Assembly: GCA_944389815.1 (NCBI GenBank)
Contig: CALXNS010000064.1
Location: 810-64,809 of the forward strand
Length of the DNA stretch: 64,000 nt
Origin: an uncultured Victivallis sp.
Lineage (GTDB): Bacteria > Verrucomicrobiota > Lentisphaeria > Victivallales > Victivallaceae
Reading direction: 5' to 3'
The notes under the pieces were generated by a model, which saw nothing but the letters and a program-made list of their open reading frames with translations, searched no databases and had not been told where the DNA came from. Shown here piece by piece: positions 56,300 to 64,000 of the stretch (position 1 is the first letter of the stretch; each line of letters opens with the position of its first letter). The position numbers and the translations under genes are program-made.

Positions 56300-56335
56300 C
56301 AGTATTGCCGAATTCGGCCGGAAATCAGAGGAATC

Positions 56336-57955
56336 ATGAAACACGCCCGATTGGATTTCGCCTCCGTGCCGTCTGCCGCGCAGCGGGAAGCATGGCGGCA
56401 GACCGCGGAGACGCTGCGGCCGGTGCTGCAGCATAAAACCGTATCCCCCGTATCGATGGTCGAACAGCTCCACGATCCCGACGCCTGGCAGGGAATACGG
56501 GTCATTCCGGTCGCCGCGGCAGCGGAACTGCCGAACCGGAGATGGAGAAAAGGCGACTCCTTCATTCTGGATTTCGGAGAACACCATGTCGGCTATTTCA
56601 TCTTCGCGATGCGTATCGCCGGCTGTTACTGCGACTCGCCGGTTTCGCTCCGATTTCTGGCGGCGGAACTGCCGTTTGAACTCGCTTACAAAGCGGAGAA
56701 TTTCAAGGGTTCCTTAAGTCAGGCCTGGGTGCAGGAGGAATACGTCAAAATCGACGAACTGCCCGGATCGATCCGGCTTCCGCGCCGCTATGCCTGCCGC
56801 TATCTGCGCGTTGACGTTCTCGCCACGCCGGACACGCTGGTTTTCGACCGAATCGAATTCGATACGGTCGCCGCGGTCAATGCGCTTCCGGAAACGCCTT
56901 CCTCTCTTTCCGGCATCGAGCGGGAAATTTACCTGACCGGATGCCGGACGCTGCGCGACTGCATGCAGAGCTGTTTTGAGGACGGCCCGAAACGCGACCG
57001 CAGACTGTGGCTCGGCGATCTCTATCTGGAGGCGAAGGTCAATGCCGTGACGTATCGGCGGTTCGATCTGGTCGAACGGTGCATTTATCTCCTGGCGGCA
57101 AACGTCGATGAACATGGAATGCTTCCCGCGTGCGCCTTCGAAAACAGCAACATTCAGACGAATTGTTACATTCCGGACTACGCACTTTTGTTTCCGGCGC
57201 TGCTGCTCGAACATTACACGGCGTGCGGCAACCGGGAAATCGTCGAGGAATTTTACCCGCTTGCCGTCCATCAGGCGGAATTGTTTCAAACGTTTCTGCA
57301 GGAGGAGGAGTGTCTCCTGAAAAAGGCGCCGGGATACTGGTTCTTCGTCGACCACGCGCCGGGACTGGAGAAGGATACGGCGGAATACTGCATCTACCTC
57401 TTCTCGCTCCGGAATCTTGCGGAACTTGCACGGCTGCTCCACTTCCCGGAGGACGAAGCGCGTTTCCTCCACGAATACCGGCATTGGCGGGAACTCCTCC
57501 GCGCCCGGACCATCGATCCGGGAAACGGGATGCTGCGTTCCGGCGTCACCGGTCAGATTTCCGAGGCCTCCCAGATCTGGGGCGTGCTCTCCGGCGTCTT
57601 CACGCCCGGAGAAGGACGGCACGCGCTGAAGAGAATGGAGGAACTTGCGGAAACGGTTCGCTCCTGCAACCCCTATTTGTATCATTATCTTCTTGAAGCA
57701 TATCTGGTCTGCGGTGAAGAGGAAAAGGCGCGCAAACTTATTGACGATTACTGGGGCGGAATGATCCGCCTGGGAGCGGATACCTTCTGGGAGGTGTTCG
57801 ATCCCTCCGGCACCGCCCCGGTGCTGTACGGAGACATTTATCTTGTCAGCGCCTGCCACGCATGGAGCTGCACTCCGTGCTTCTTTCTGCGGCGGTGGCA
57901 CGACGCCGACAGCGGAAACGCGTCGTTCCCCTCCCCGATTCCATCAGTTCAGTAA
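56336..57955 (+). CDS. GH78-like six-hairpin glycosidase (alpha-L-rhamnosidase catalytic-domain type), cytoplasmic
   Basis: 'FEDGPKRDRRLWLGDLYLEA' matches the 'DCPxRERxGWxGD' region of the rhamnosidase (alpha/alpha)6 domain. No signal peptide. Confidence 0.65.
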   Translation: MKHARLDFASVPSAAQREAWRQTAETLRPVLQHKTVSPVSMVEQLHDPDAWQGIRVIPVAAAAELPNRRWRKGDSFILDFGEHHVGYFIFAMRIAGCYCDSPVSLRFLAAELPFELAYKAENFKGSLSQAWVQEEYVKIDELPGSIRLPRRYACRYLRVDVLATPDTLVFDRIEFDTVAAVNALPETPSSLSGIEREIYLTGCRTLRDCMQSCFEDGPKRDRRLWLGDLYLEAKVNAVTYRRFDLVERCIYLLAANVDEHGMLPACAFENSNIQTNCYIPDYALLFPALLLEHYTACGNREIVEEFYPLAVHQAELFQTFLQEEECLLKKAPGYWFFVDHAPGLEKDTAEYCIYLFSLRNLAELARLLHFPEDEARFLHEYRHWRELLRARTIDPGNGMLRSGVTGQISEASQIWGVLSGVFTPGEGRHALKRMEELAETVRSCNPYLYHYLLEAYLVCGEEEKARKLIDDYWGGMIRLGADTFWEVFDPSGTAPVLYGDIYLVSACHAWSCTPCFFLRRWHDADSGNASFPSPIPSVQ

Positions 57956-57983
57956 AAACGCCTGACGCCGACGGCCACCACGA

Positions 57984-58003
57984 CCCGGAATATTTTTTCC
58001 GGG
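57984..58003. terminator. Hairpin between convergent genes (weak terminator candidate)
   Basis: 7-bp stem 'cccggaa'/'ttccggg' with a 6-nt loop. No clear U-tract on either strand. Confidence 0.3.
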
Positions 58004-58017
58004 AGGAAGCGGAACGT

Positions 58018-58734
58018 TTACAAAACCGTTTCGTCCTGCCGACTCCGGTTCCACAATTTGCTGTCGAACTCGGCGCGGCGGCTGGGACAATTCCTGCGGT
58101 GACACAATTGACAGGCGGCAAAATCGTGTTCGGCCGCGAAGAGAATCCCGGAGGCGCTTTTGTAAGGCAGCATCAGCAATGATTCGGTCAACGTCACACC
58201 GATCAACTCCGTCACCCGCCCCTTGAGCAATTGATTGAAAAGTTTGGATTGTTCGCTCAACGGCCAGACGTCGGCGTCACCGGAGCCGGGCGCCATGCCG
58301 ACCAGTTTCGGAATGCGGCAGCGGCGACTGATTTCACGATGCAGAGCGCCGATGGCCTGGCGCAGAAGTTCCATGCGCAGCTCTTCCAGCCAGAATCGTT
58401 CTAATGGCTCCAGTGAATCTTCCAGAGCCGCCGTCTCGGTGCCGCAGGTGGCGCAGTAGGCGAAAAGCCGCCGTCGGCCGCCGAGCTGTTGCGCCATGAC
58501 CCGGCTTTTGAGGGCGACGCCTTCAACGATGACTTCATCACCGGAAACGGCATCAACCGTACAGTCGCGGAAAACCGCTTTGGGAGAAGCGATCGTTTCG
58601 ACCTTCTTCAGCAGCGTTTCCCACGCGCAACATAATTCGGCATCCTCTTTCTCCAGATGCACACGACCGGCGAGAGCGGTTCCATTGAGCTGAAACGCAA
58701 TGGAATCCAGCACGATAAGCGTTTGCTCCTCCAT
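58018..58734 (-). CDS. Stand-alone methionine-synthase (B12-dependent) activation-domain-like protein
   Basis: 'GMAPGSGDADVWPLSEQSKLFNQL...IGVTLTESLLMLPYKSASGILF' resembles the Met_synt_B12 activation-domain signature. Confidence 0.6.
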   Translation of the reverse strand: MEEQTLIVLDSIAFQLNGTALAGRVHLEKEDAELCCAWETLLKKVETIASPKAVFRDCTVDAVSGDEVIVEGVALKSRVMAQQLGGRRRLFAYCATCGTETAALEDSLEPLERFWLEELRMELLRQAIGALHREISRRCRIPKLVGMAPGSGDADVWPLSEQSKLFNQLLKGRVTELIGVTLTESLLMLPYKSASGILFAAEHDFAACQLCHRRNCPSRRAEFDSKLWNRSRQDETVL

Positions 58735-58778
58735 AGATGGTGATCCCGAAAAAATAAACTGTTTTTTGAAATATGATT

Positions 58779-59312
58779 TTATTCCAGACTCATCCAGTTG
58801 AAGTGGATTTTGCCCGACTCTTCCAGCAGCCGGAACGCCAGCGCTTCCAGTGGTTTTATCGTCACGGAATGGAATACCAGCGATATGAAAAACTCCCCCG
58901 AAGCCGGCGGCCGGGTCGGAATCAATTCCATGATGATGGATTGATTCCGGCGCGGCGACACGACGGTTCCGATTTCACTCTGAAGAAAAACAGCCGCATG
59001 CAGAGAGCTCACGGCTGCGTCGCAATTCAGGGAAAATTGAGTGACGTCACGAAAACTGAGCTTGAAAGCGATATTGACATATTCCCCATTCTCGTTTTCG
59101 AAGTTCGGGCAGTTGAGAACCATCGAAAAGGTACGGTTTTCGATATCAAACTGAAACGTCTCAATTTCGCCGTCATGAAAGGCGCCGCCGTAAAAATATT
59201 TGATCAGATCCGGTTCCAGATACTCACGGTATTTCCTGAGATGTTCCTCATACTTCCTCTCGCAAAGTTCGCAGCCCGGCTCAGGAAAAAGTTTCTTTCT
59301 GATCTTGAACAT
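58779..59312 (-). CDS. Hypothetical cytoplasmic protein (immunity-protein-like; no family confirmed)
   Basis: ATG 59312 is preceded by 'gaggg' RBS; the longest ORF extends to 59363. 'FHDGEIETFQFDIEN' is reminiscent of DUF4085-type proteins. Lower-GC codon usage. Confidence 0.45.
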   Translation of the reverse strand: MFKIRKKLFPEPGCELCERKYEEHLRKYREYLEPDLIKYFYGGAFHDGEIETFQFDIENRTFSMVLNCPNFENENGEYVNIAFKLSFRDVTQFSLNCDAAVSSLHAAVFLQSEIGTVVSPRRNQSIIMELIPTRPPASGEFFISLVFHSVTIKPLEALAFRLLEESGKIHFNWMSLE

Positions 59313-59804
59313 CAATCGACCCTCAAATGATTGTTCCGCCACCTCTCTCCAACTGTAGGACAAGCTTCATTACCGCGGCGGCAATGAAGCTCGTTTCCAT
59401 TACTATAATTCCAGACTTATCAATTACAAGCGTCTTCCGGAACAGATTCTGGCTCTGCAATAAATTCTCCGAATCTGTGGAATACCCTGAAATGCAGGGG
59501 ATATATACCACTCCGGAAACTCCGGATTGCTTCAGCGAAACGCCATACGATCCGGAACGGCTCTTATTTCAAAACGTGAATCGTCAGTTGAAAACGCTTC
59601 AAGTTTCTCCATACATGCAATATCGCTTTACTGCGTTGAGCCGCCGGACGCCCCTCTTCGCCAACATGAAAATTTCTGAAAATCCGGTTCCTCCTCAAAC
59701 GAATCCCCGCACTTGCAATCAACGACAGTTGTGGTATAGTAACTTTCAGAACGTCGATGCGATCTTTTCTGAAGAAAATTGTCCGAATCGAAAGGAGCCC
59801 GGCA

Positions 59805-60488
59805 ATGAATACTCGAGATGCGACGCAACCAATGATACGCAAAGTGGTTAAGATTTTGTCATCCTCCCTGGCCGGTCTGCTGTATTTGATTTTGCTTGCC
59901 GTCGCCGCGAACAGCTTCTATCAAAGTGATCTCCTGTTGTTCGGACCGGAACAAATTGCGGGAGCAGCGAACGTCGGCTATCATGCTGACGGGAGTTTCT
60001 ATTATACCAATCCCCTTGCCATGCTTTTCCGATACCTCGTTTATCTGCTTTTCCTTGGCGCGCTGACGTGGGCGGCCGCTGTAGGCTGTGAACCATTCCT
60101 GCGGTTGCATTTATTTTCCCGTTTCGCGGCATCCCCCGAAAGGATGCGGCGATTATTGCTTGCCTGCGTCTTTTGCGGTATTTTCATCGGCATCGGAACC
60201 GGAATCTTCGTCTGGGCGTCCCGTCAGGATGCGGAACTCTGGCGCAATGTCAACACGTGCCATTCCGTGGCACAATACGAAAAGTGCCTGGGAAAAGCAA
60301 GATATCATACTCCGAAAGCCGATGAGGAATTTTTTGAACAATTTGTCCGGAACCGCCGGATGTGTGATCGGGAATTTGCTCTGGGGAAAGAGGTATATGT
60401 CTTCAGCTCCAGTTGGCCGTTCCGCCGTTTTTTCGTCTGTCTGGAGAATGGGCGAATCGGCAAAATGACCTGGTGCGGCGGTTGGTAA
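59805..60488 (+). CDS. Hypothetical membrane protein
   Basis: ATG after 'aaggag' RBS. About 4 TM helices and a Cys-containing soluble C-terminus. No motif recognised. Confidence 0.55.
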   Translation: MNTRDATQPMIRKVVKILSSSLAGLLYLILLAVAANSFYQSDLLLFGPEQIAGAANVGYHADGSFYYTNPLAMLFRYLVYLLFLGALTWAAAVGCEPFLRLHLFSRFAASPERMRRLLLACVFCGIFIGIGTGIFVWASRQDAELWRNVNTCHSVAQYEKCLGKARYHTPKADEEFFEQFVRNRRMCDREFALGKEVYVFSSSWPFRRFFVCLENGRIGKMTWCGGW

Positions 60489-60584
60489 AGCGCAGGCGTC
60501 GTCTGATTTCTCCGTTTTCTGACGGCGTGCAGGAGAAGAATACATGCCTTTAAATATTTTCCGGACAAGGAAAAGGAAGTTGTC

Positions 60585-61172
60585 ATGGCGGAAAGAATGA
60601 AGATCGTGAAGCAGACGAGGCCTGGAGGCCCTCTGATCGTTCAAGCTGCAGTGATTCTTTTCCTGTTGCTCTTCCTCGGTGGAATCTATATTGCATTGTA
60701 TCATGGGAACGCGGCCTTTCGCGCCCGGCTATTCGACACCTGGTGGCTGTGGGTGCTTCCCGGCCTGCCCGCAATATGGGGATTATGGCTTGTCGCGGAT
60801 TTCATTGTCACTTTTCCAGCAAGGCATCGCCGATTGCTGTTGATCGACTTTCAAGTCGATGAAGAAAAGGAGCTCATCCAGATCGCATTCAAGCTTGACG
60901 GCTTCCCGAAAGTGCCGGTGCCGACAGAAATGTTAGCGGCGGGATATCAGTTGATCTATGGGAAAGGAGGCCCGCCGATCCGTTTCAAGTGTCGGCAGAC
61001 GATTATTTATGATCCCGCAGGAGATTTATACAAAATCACGCTCAACGCGGCCGGGTTTCTCATGAAAATCAAAGAGGTGTTTATTTTTGTAAAACAGAAA
61101 AGGCTGCTGCCGTTTCACTGCATTTACAAAGTTCATCGTTTCCCATATGATTGGCGCAACCCGCGCTTTTGA
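60585..61172 (+). CDS. Hypothetical membrane protein
   Basis: ATG after 'aaggaag'. Two TM helices and a soluble C-terminal domain. Confidence 0.55.
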   Translation: MAERMKIVKQTRPGGPLIVQAAVILFLLLFLGGIYIALYHGNAAFRARLFDTWWLWVLPGLPAIWGLWLVADFIVTFPARHRRLLLIDFQVDEEKELIQIAFKLDGFPKVPVPTEMLAAGYQLIYGKGGPPIRFKCRQTIIYDPAGDLYKITLNAAGFLMKIKEVFIFVKQKRLLPFHCIYKVHRFPYDWRNPRF

Positions 61173-61354
61173 TTCATGTTTTTTGGAAGATTTGACTTTT
61201 CGTTTTTTGAGAATTATGTTAGTATGAAATTTCGTCACGCCGCCGGACGTGGTCATGCCGGAATTTTTTGTCAGACGGATTGGATTACGGGATGTGTTCT
61301 TTTAAGGGGACGCAGTTCCGCGGGAGAGTAACCATCAGACAGGAGGGACGGAAA

Positions 61355-61945
61355 ATGCGCAACAAGAGATTCGGAACACTGGCTGCTGCAATCGGAATTG
61401 CCATGATCTGCGGCGGCTGCGTGAGTTATCACCGGGACGCCGGCGTCGATTACCTGAAACGTCCGGAGTCGATCGGGCAAGTTCCCTATATGACCCAATA
61501 CAGCGTGAGCAATCAACGGATTTCGGACAAGGGCTCAGCTTCCGTGCTGTTCTGGGTCTTCCAGTTCTCGGACGGGAAACACTGCCAGCTCAATCCCAAT
61601 CCGAATCTCTCGTTTCTGAGCATGCTCTGGGAATTATTGTCCCCCTCGCAGAAAGCAGTCCGCAATGCCAAGAGCACCGCACTTTACAATGCCTGTGAAA
61701 ACAATGAGGCGGATCAAATTCTCGGTGCGACGTTCGACTACAAAATTACGGATTTTCTATTTTTCACCAAAGTCGAATGTACCGTCAAAGGCTTCCCCGC
61801 CAGTGTGCGCGGCGTGGAACTTCTGCAACAGAAACCGGTCATTCTGAATGAGTGGCAGAAGATCGAATACTACTCCTCCCCCGAAGAACCGAAAGTTTAT
61901 TCCGGGCCGGAACAGGCCGTATCACCGGGAATTGCCGGCAAATAA
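61355..61945 (+). CDS. Lipoprotein, possibly TRL-like family
   Basis: RBS 'aggaggga'. Lipobox 'AMICGGC' in 'MRNKRFGTLAAAIGIAMICGGCVSY'. The 'GSASVLFWVFQFSDG' segment resembles TRL-like lipoproteins (recalled from memory, not checked). Confidence 0.6.
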   Translation: MRNKRFGTLAAAIGIAMICGGCVSYHRDAGVDYLKRPESIGQVPYMTQYSVSNQRISDKGSASVLFWVFQFSDGKHCQLNPNPNLSFLSMLWELLSPSQKAVRNAKSTALYNACENNEADQILGATFDYKITDFLFFTKVECTVKGFPASVRGVELLQQKPVILNEWQKIEYYSSPEEPKVYSGPEQAVSPGIAGK

Positions 61946-62006
61946 ATTTGAGAATTTGACGGAATTTGCCTGAATTCTCCCATCGGCCATTGATGAAAAG
62001 CCGGGC

Positions 62007-62058
62007 GGAAGAAGGAAACTCCTTTGAGGAGGGTTCTTTCCTTCTTCCGTTTTTCTTT
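62007..62058 (+). terminator. Rho-independent terminator
   Basis: 12-bp perfect stem 'ggaagaaggaaa'/'tttccttcttcc' enclosing a small inner hairpin, followed by 'gtttttcttt'. Confidence 0.7.
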
Positions 62059-62221
62059 ATCTTAAGCTGTTCGAACGACTTTGATTCAGTCCGGTTGGTG
62101 TACTGCCTGGGCTGGATCAAGGCAACCTGAAAAAGCGGGATGACAATTTAAAGGAATTCGTGCAGATTCTCTACGGAAAACCATTCGTTTAAACAAAATG
62201 CGCCACCACCGCAGAGGGCGT

Positions 62222-63022
62222 TTATTTTTCTTTCTCTTCAGCGATCCGGCGTCTGAGCCGAACCCACTGCGATCTTCTTTTCTCTTCCTCGTATTTTCTC
62301 TTTTCCCCCCGAGAAAATCTGATTGGAGGCGTCTCTCTGCCGTCGGCTCCGAAAATAAAACTTATCCACATCAGAACCGAGTACAGCATACTGCAAACGA
62401 TGAAGTAATATGCGATAATGGTGAATAGCCTGTTTGTGGTTTCGTCAGAATAGGTGGCGAAATAGAAAAGCAGGAGCCCTCCAGAAATCAGAATGATGAG
62501 CGGACTGAGGATCGTACTGAGTTTCCAGTGTTTTTTTAAGTTTGAATATGTGAAGAAGAGTGCTGCCGCCACCAGAAATATATTTATCCCGATAGAAATA
62601 TAAAGCCTGACCGTGACCAGATCCCCGCCCGTACCCATCCCCTGCTCAAGCCCTAAGGAAACAAGAAGGCCGTACGCCAGAATTGCTCCAGACGTTAAAA
62701 CCTGAAACGCCTTTACGAGTCCGGTAAAACGAAAAGACATAATCAAAAAAATCAATTCGTGAAGAAATATGGTCAACACCAGAAATGCTTCACTTCGGAC
62801 CAGCGGCACCAGGAGCGACGCCACGCCAAACAATGCCGATGCCGTTGAAATTGCCGCAGCGTTTTTCAAGAAACCAAGCCGCCAGGCGGGCGCCAGGCGT
62901 AACAGGAACAAAAATAATATCAGCAGCGACAGCGCAAGATTATATCCCCAGCTGAAAAAGTTGGTGAAAAAGAACAGTGCCGAGACAAGAATGCTCAATA
63001 GAATGTAGATGTCCATATTCAA
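62222..63022 (-). CDS. Hypothetical polytopic membrane protein with a Lys/Arg/Glu-rich cytoplasmic tail
   Basis: 266-aa ORF with about 8 TM helices and the tail 'RGEKRKYEEEKRRSQWVRLRRRIAEEKEK'. Confidence 0.6.
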   Translation of the reverse strand: MNMDIYILLSILVSALFFFTNFFSWGYNLALSLLILFLFLLRLAPAWRLGFLKNAAAISTASALFGVASLLVPLVRSEAFLVLTIFLHELIFLIMSFRFTGLVKAFQVLTSGAILAYGLLVSLGLEQGMGTGGDLVTVRLYISIGINIFLVAAALFFTYSNLKKHWKLSTILSPLIILISGGLLLFYFATYSDETTNRLFTIIAYYFIVCSMLYSVLMWISFIFGADGRETPPIRFSRGEKRKYEEEKRRSQWVRLRRRIAEEKEK

Positions 63023-63256
63023 CGCTTCTCCTTCCCCCGGGAACGGAACGCCTTTTCATGAGAAATGGCTGCAACACTCTGAAAATTATTATACTTCGCC
63101 ATTTCCCGGATTTCAAGTTTCCCAATGGAAAATTCATCCGTTTCACCCGGAAACTGATTTGTTGAAATTTGCAATTTGCAGAAAATCGTATATATATAGA
63201 CTAAAGAGCGTTTTATTCCCGTTTTCCATGAAGAACTTCATGCCGGAGGAAATTTC

Positions 63257-63889
63257 ATGACCGGGGCGGCGAAAAGAACGGCGGCGTCCGTTGCGACTCA
63301 TATTCTGATTGCGGCTGGAGTTCTCTATCTGATTTACAATGCGGGCAATTACCTGAGCAATGATTTCTCGTTTTACGAGGGGCTCAACCAACTGGTCATT
63401 GATCTTGTTCTCGCACTGCCGTTTTTCGAAATTTATTCCCGTTCTCTGCGGACGAAAACGGATGAAGTTTTATACAAAATCCATGTGACGGCACTCTGCT
63501 TCTTTCTACTCCTCATGCATCTTAAAATAATCGTGTTATGGCCGCTTCACTTCCACTCGGATTCTCATTTCTCCGCTGTGCTCTGGAAGGGATATCTTGT
63601 TGCAGTCCTTCTGCTGATCGTCGTGTATGCAGTTGATACACTCCTGCGTCCCGGCAGACGGGAAACCGCTGCGGCAAAACTGGTCTGGCCTTTTTTGTAT
63701 ATCGAGGCAACTTTCCTGTTCTGGAACGCATATTCCCCCCTCGCCGGAGATACGATGATCGTCTGGTTCGCAACCTTAATTGCGTATGCAGTCATCACAC
63801 TGCGGCAAAAAGAACTGCATTGGAGTTCGGCGTTTCTTCCATTGATTCTCTCGGGAAGTGTGCTCGGGGGAGTGTTTTTCTGCTTGTAA
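63257..63889 (+). CDS. Hypothetical polytopic membrane protein
   Basis: 210-aa ORF with about 6 TM helices. Divergent from the 62222-63022 gene. Confidence 0.6.
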   Translation: MTGAAKRTAASVATHILIAAGVLYLIYNAGNYLSNDFSFYEGLNQLVIDLVLALPFFEIYSRSLRTKTDEVLYKIHVTALCFFLLLMHLKIIVLWPLHFHSDSHFSAVLWKGYLVAVLLLIVVYAVDTLLRPGRRETAAAKLVWPFLYIEATFLFWNAYSPLAGDTMIVWFATLIAYAVITLRQKELHWSSAFLPLILSGSVLGGVFFCL

Positions 63890-64000
63890 ATTGCGACCTG
63901 CTTCCCATGATGATATGCTCTGCCGACGATACAACAAGAAAAGCGTTGCCCGCCGGCAGAAACTCCGAAGGCGCCCCGCCATTTCACACCATCCGCGGTT

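Noticed and set aside
56714-57901. 395-aa minus-strand ORF
   Set aside because: Antisense to the GH78-like gene, which has the 'RDRRLWLGD' motif.
59327-59851. 174-aa + strand ORF and smaller ORFs in the 59364-59804 gap
   Set aside because: No RBS was found. The 174-aa ORF overlaps the better-supported start of the 59805 gene in a different frame, and its composition is not protein-like. The gap is treated as non-coding or possibly a decayed remnant.
1-64000. CRISPR arrays, rRNA/tRNA genes, transposases, integrases and prophage genes
   Set aside because: I scanned intergenic regions and ORF translations. I found no periodic repeat-spacer structure, no tRNA-like cloverleaf ends and no DDE or tyrosine-recombinase motifs.

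Overview
GC-rich bacterial chromosomal window, densely coding. It has no rRNA, tRNA, CRISPR, transposase or integrase that I could recognise. Three paralogous prepilin-type '[17 protein letters not shown]' proteins (one with a clean C-terminal H-X9-DG motif) sit among many glycoside-hydrolase-like genes. That points, as inference only, to a PVC-superphylum organism (Lentisphaerota/Victivallales- or Kiritimatiellota-like). Layout: (1) 1-1.4 kb, sialidase-like fragment and a GH5-like hydrolase. (2) 1.4-6.9 kb, minus strand, a translationally coupled operon of secretin, HlyD adaptor, ABC ATPase, MacB/FtsX permease and a small exported protein. The secretin is frameshifted in a G10 tract, and the permease is split by a 56-bp duplication that contains an inverted segment. 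(3) 7.2-11.6 kb, a lower-GC GT39-like glycosyltransferase, a processive GT2 synthase and a pseudopilin. (4) 11.6-28.3 kb, carbohydrate-utilisation modules: AraC and LacI regulators, pseudopilins, ADP-ribosylglycohydrolase, heparinase II/III-like protein, a 1236-aa orphan secreted protein, flavoproteins and a GH78-like protein. (5) 28.4-58.7 kb, housekeeping genes: acpS, ribF, coaD, yceD-like, an ornithine-lipid-type acyltransferase pair, polyferredoxin plus DUF362, Na/Pi cotransporter, two-subunit class I fumarate hydratase, grpE, dnaJ, smpB, GH35 beta-galactosidase, M16 peptidase, MlaFED, ffh and ilvD. (6) 58.7-64 kb, a lower-GC island of orphan membrane proteins and a lipoprotein. All functional calls come from motifs I recognised by eye in the supplied translations. 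No database search was run. The many long ORFs antisense to conserved genes are high-GC artefacts and were rejected.
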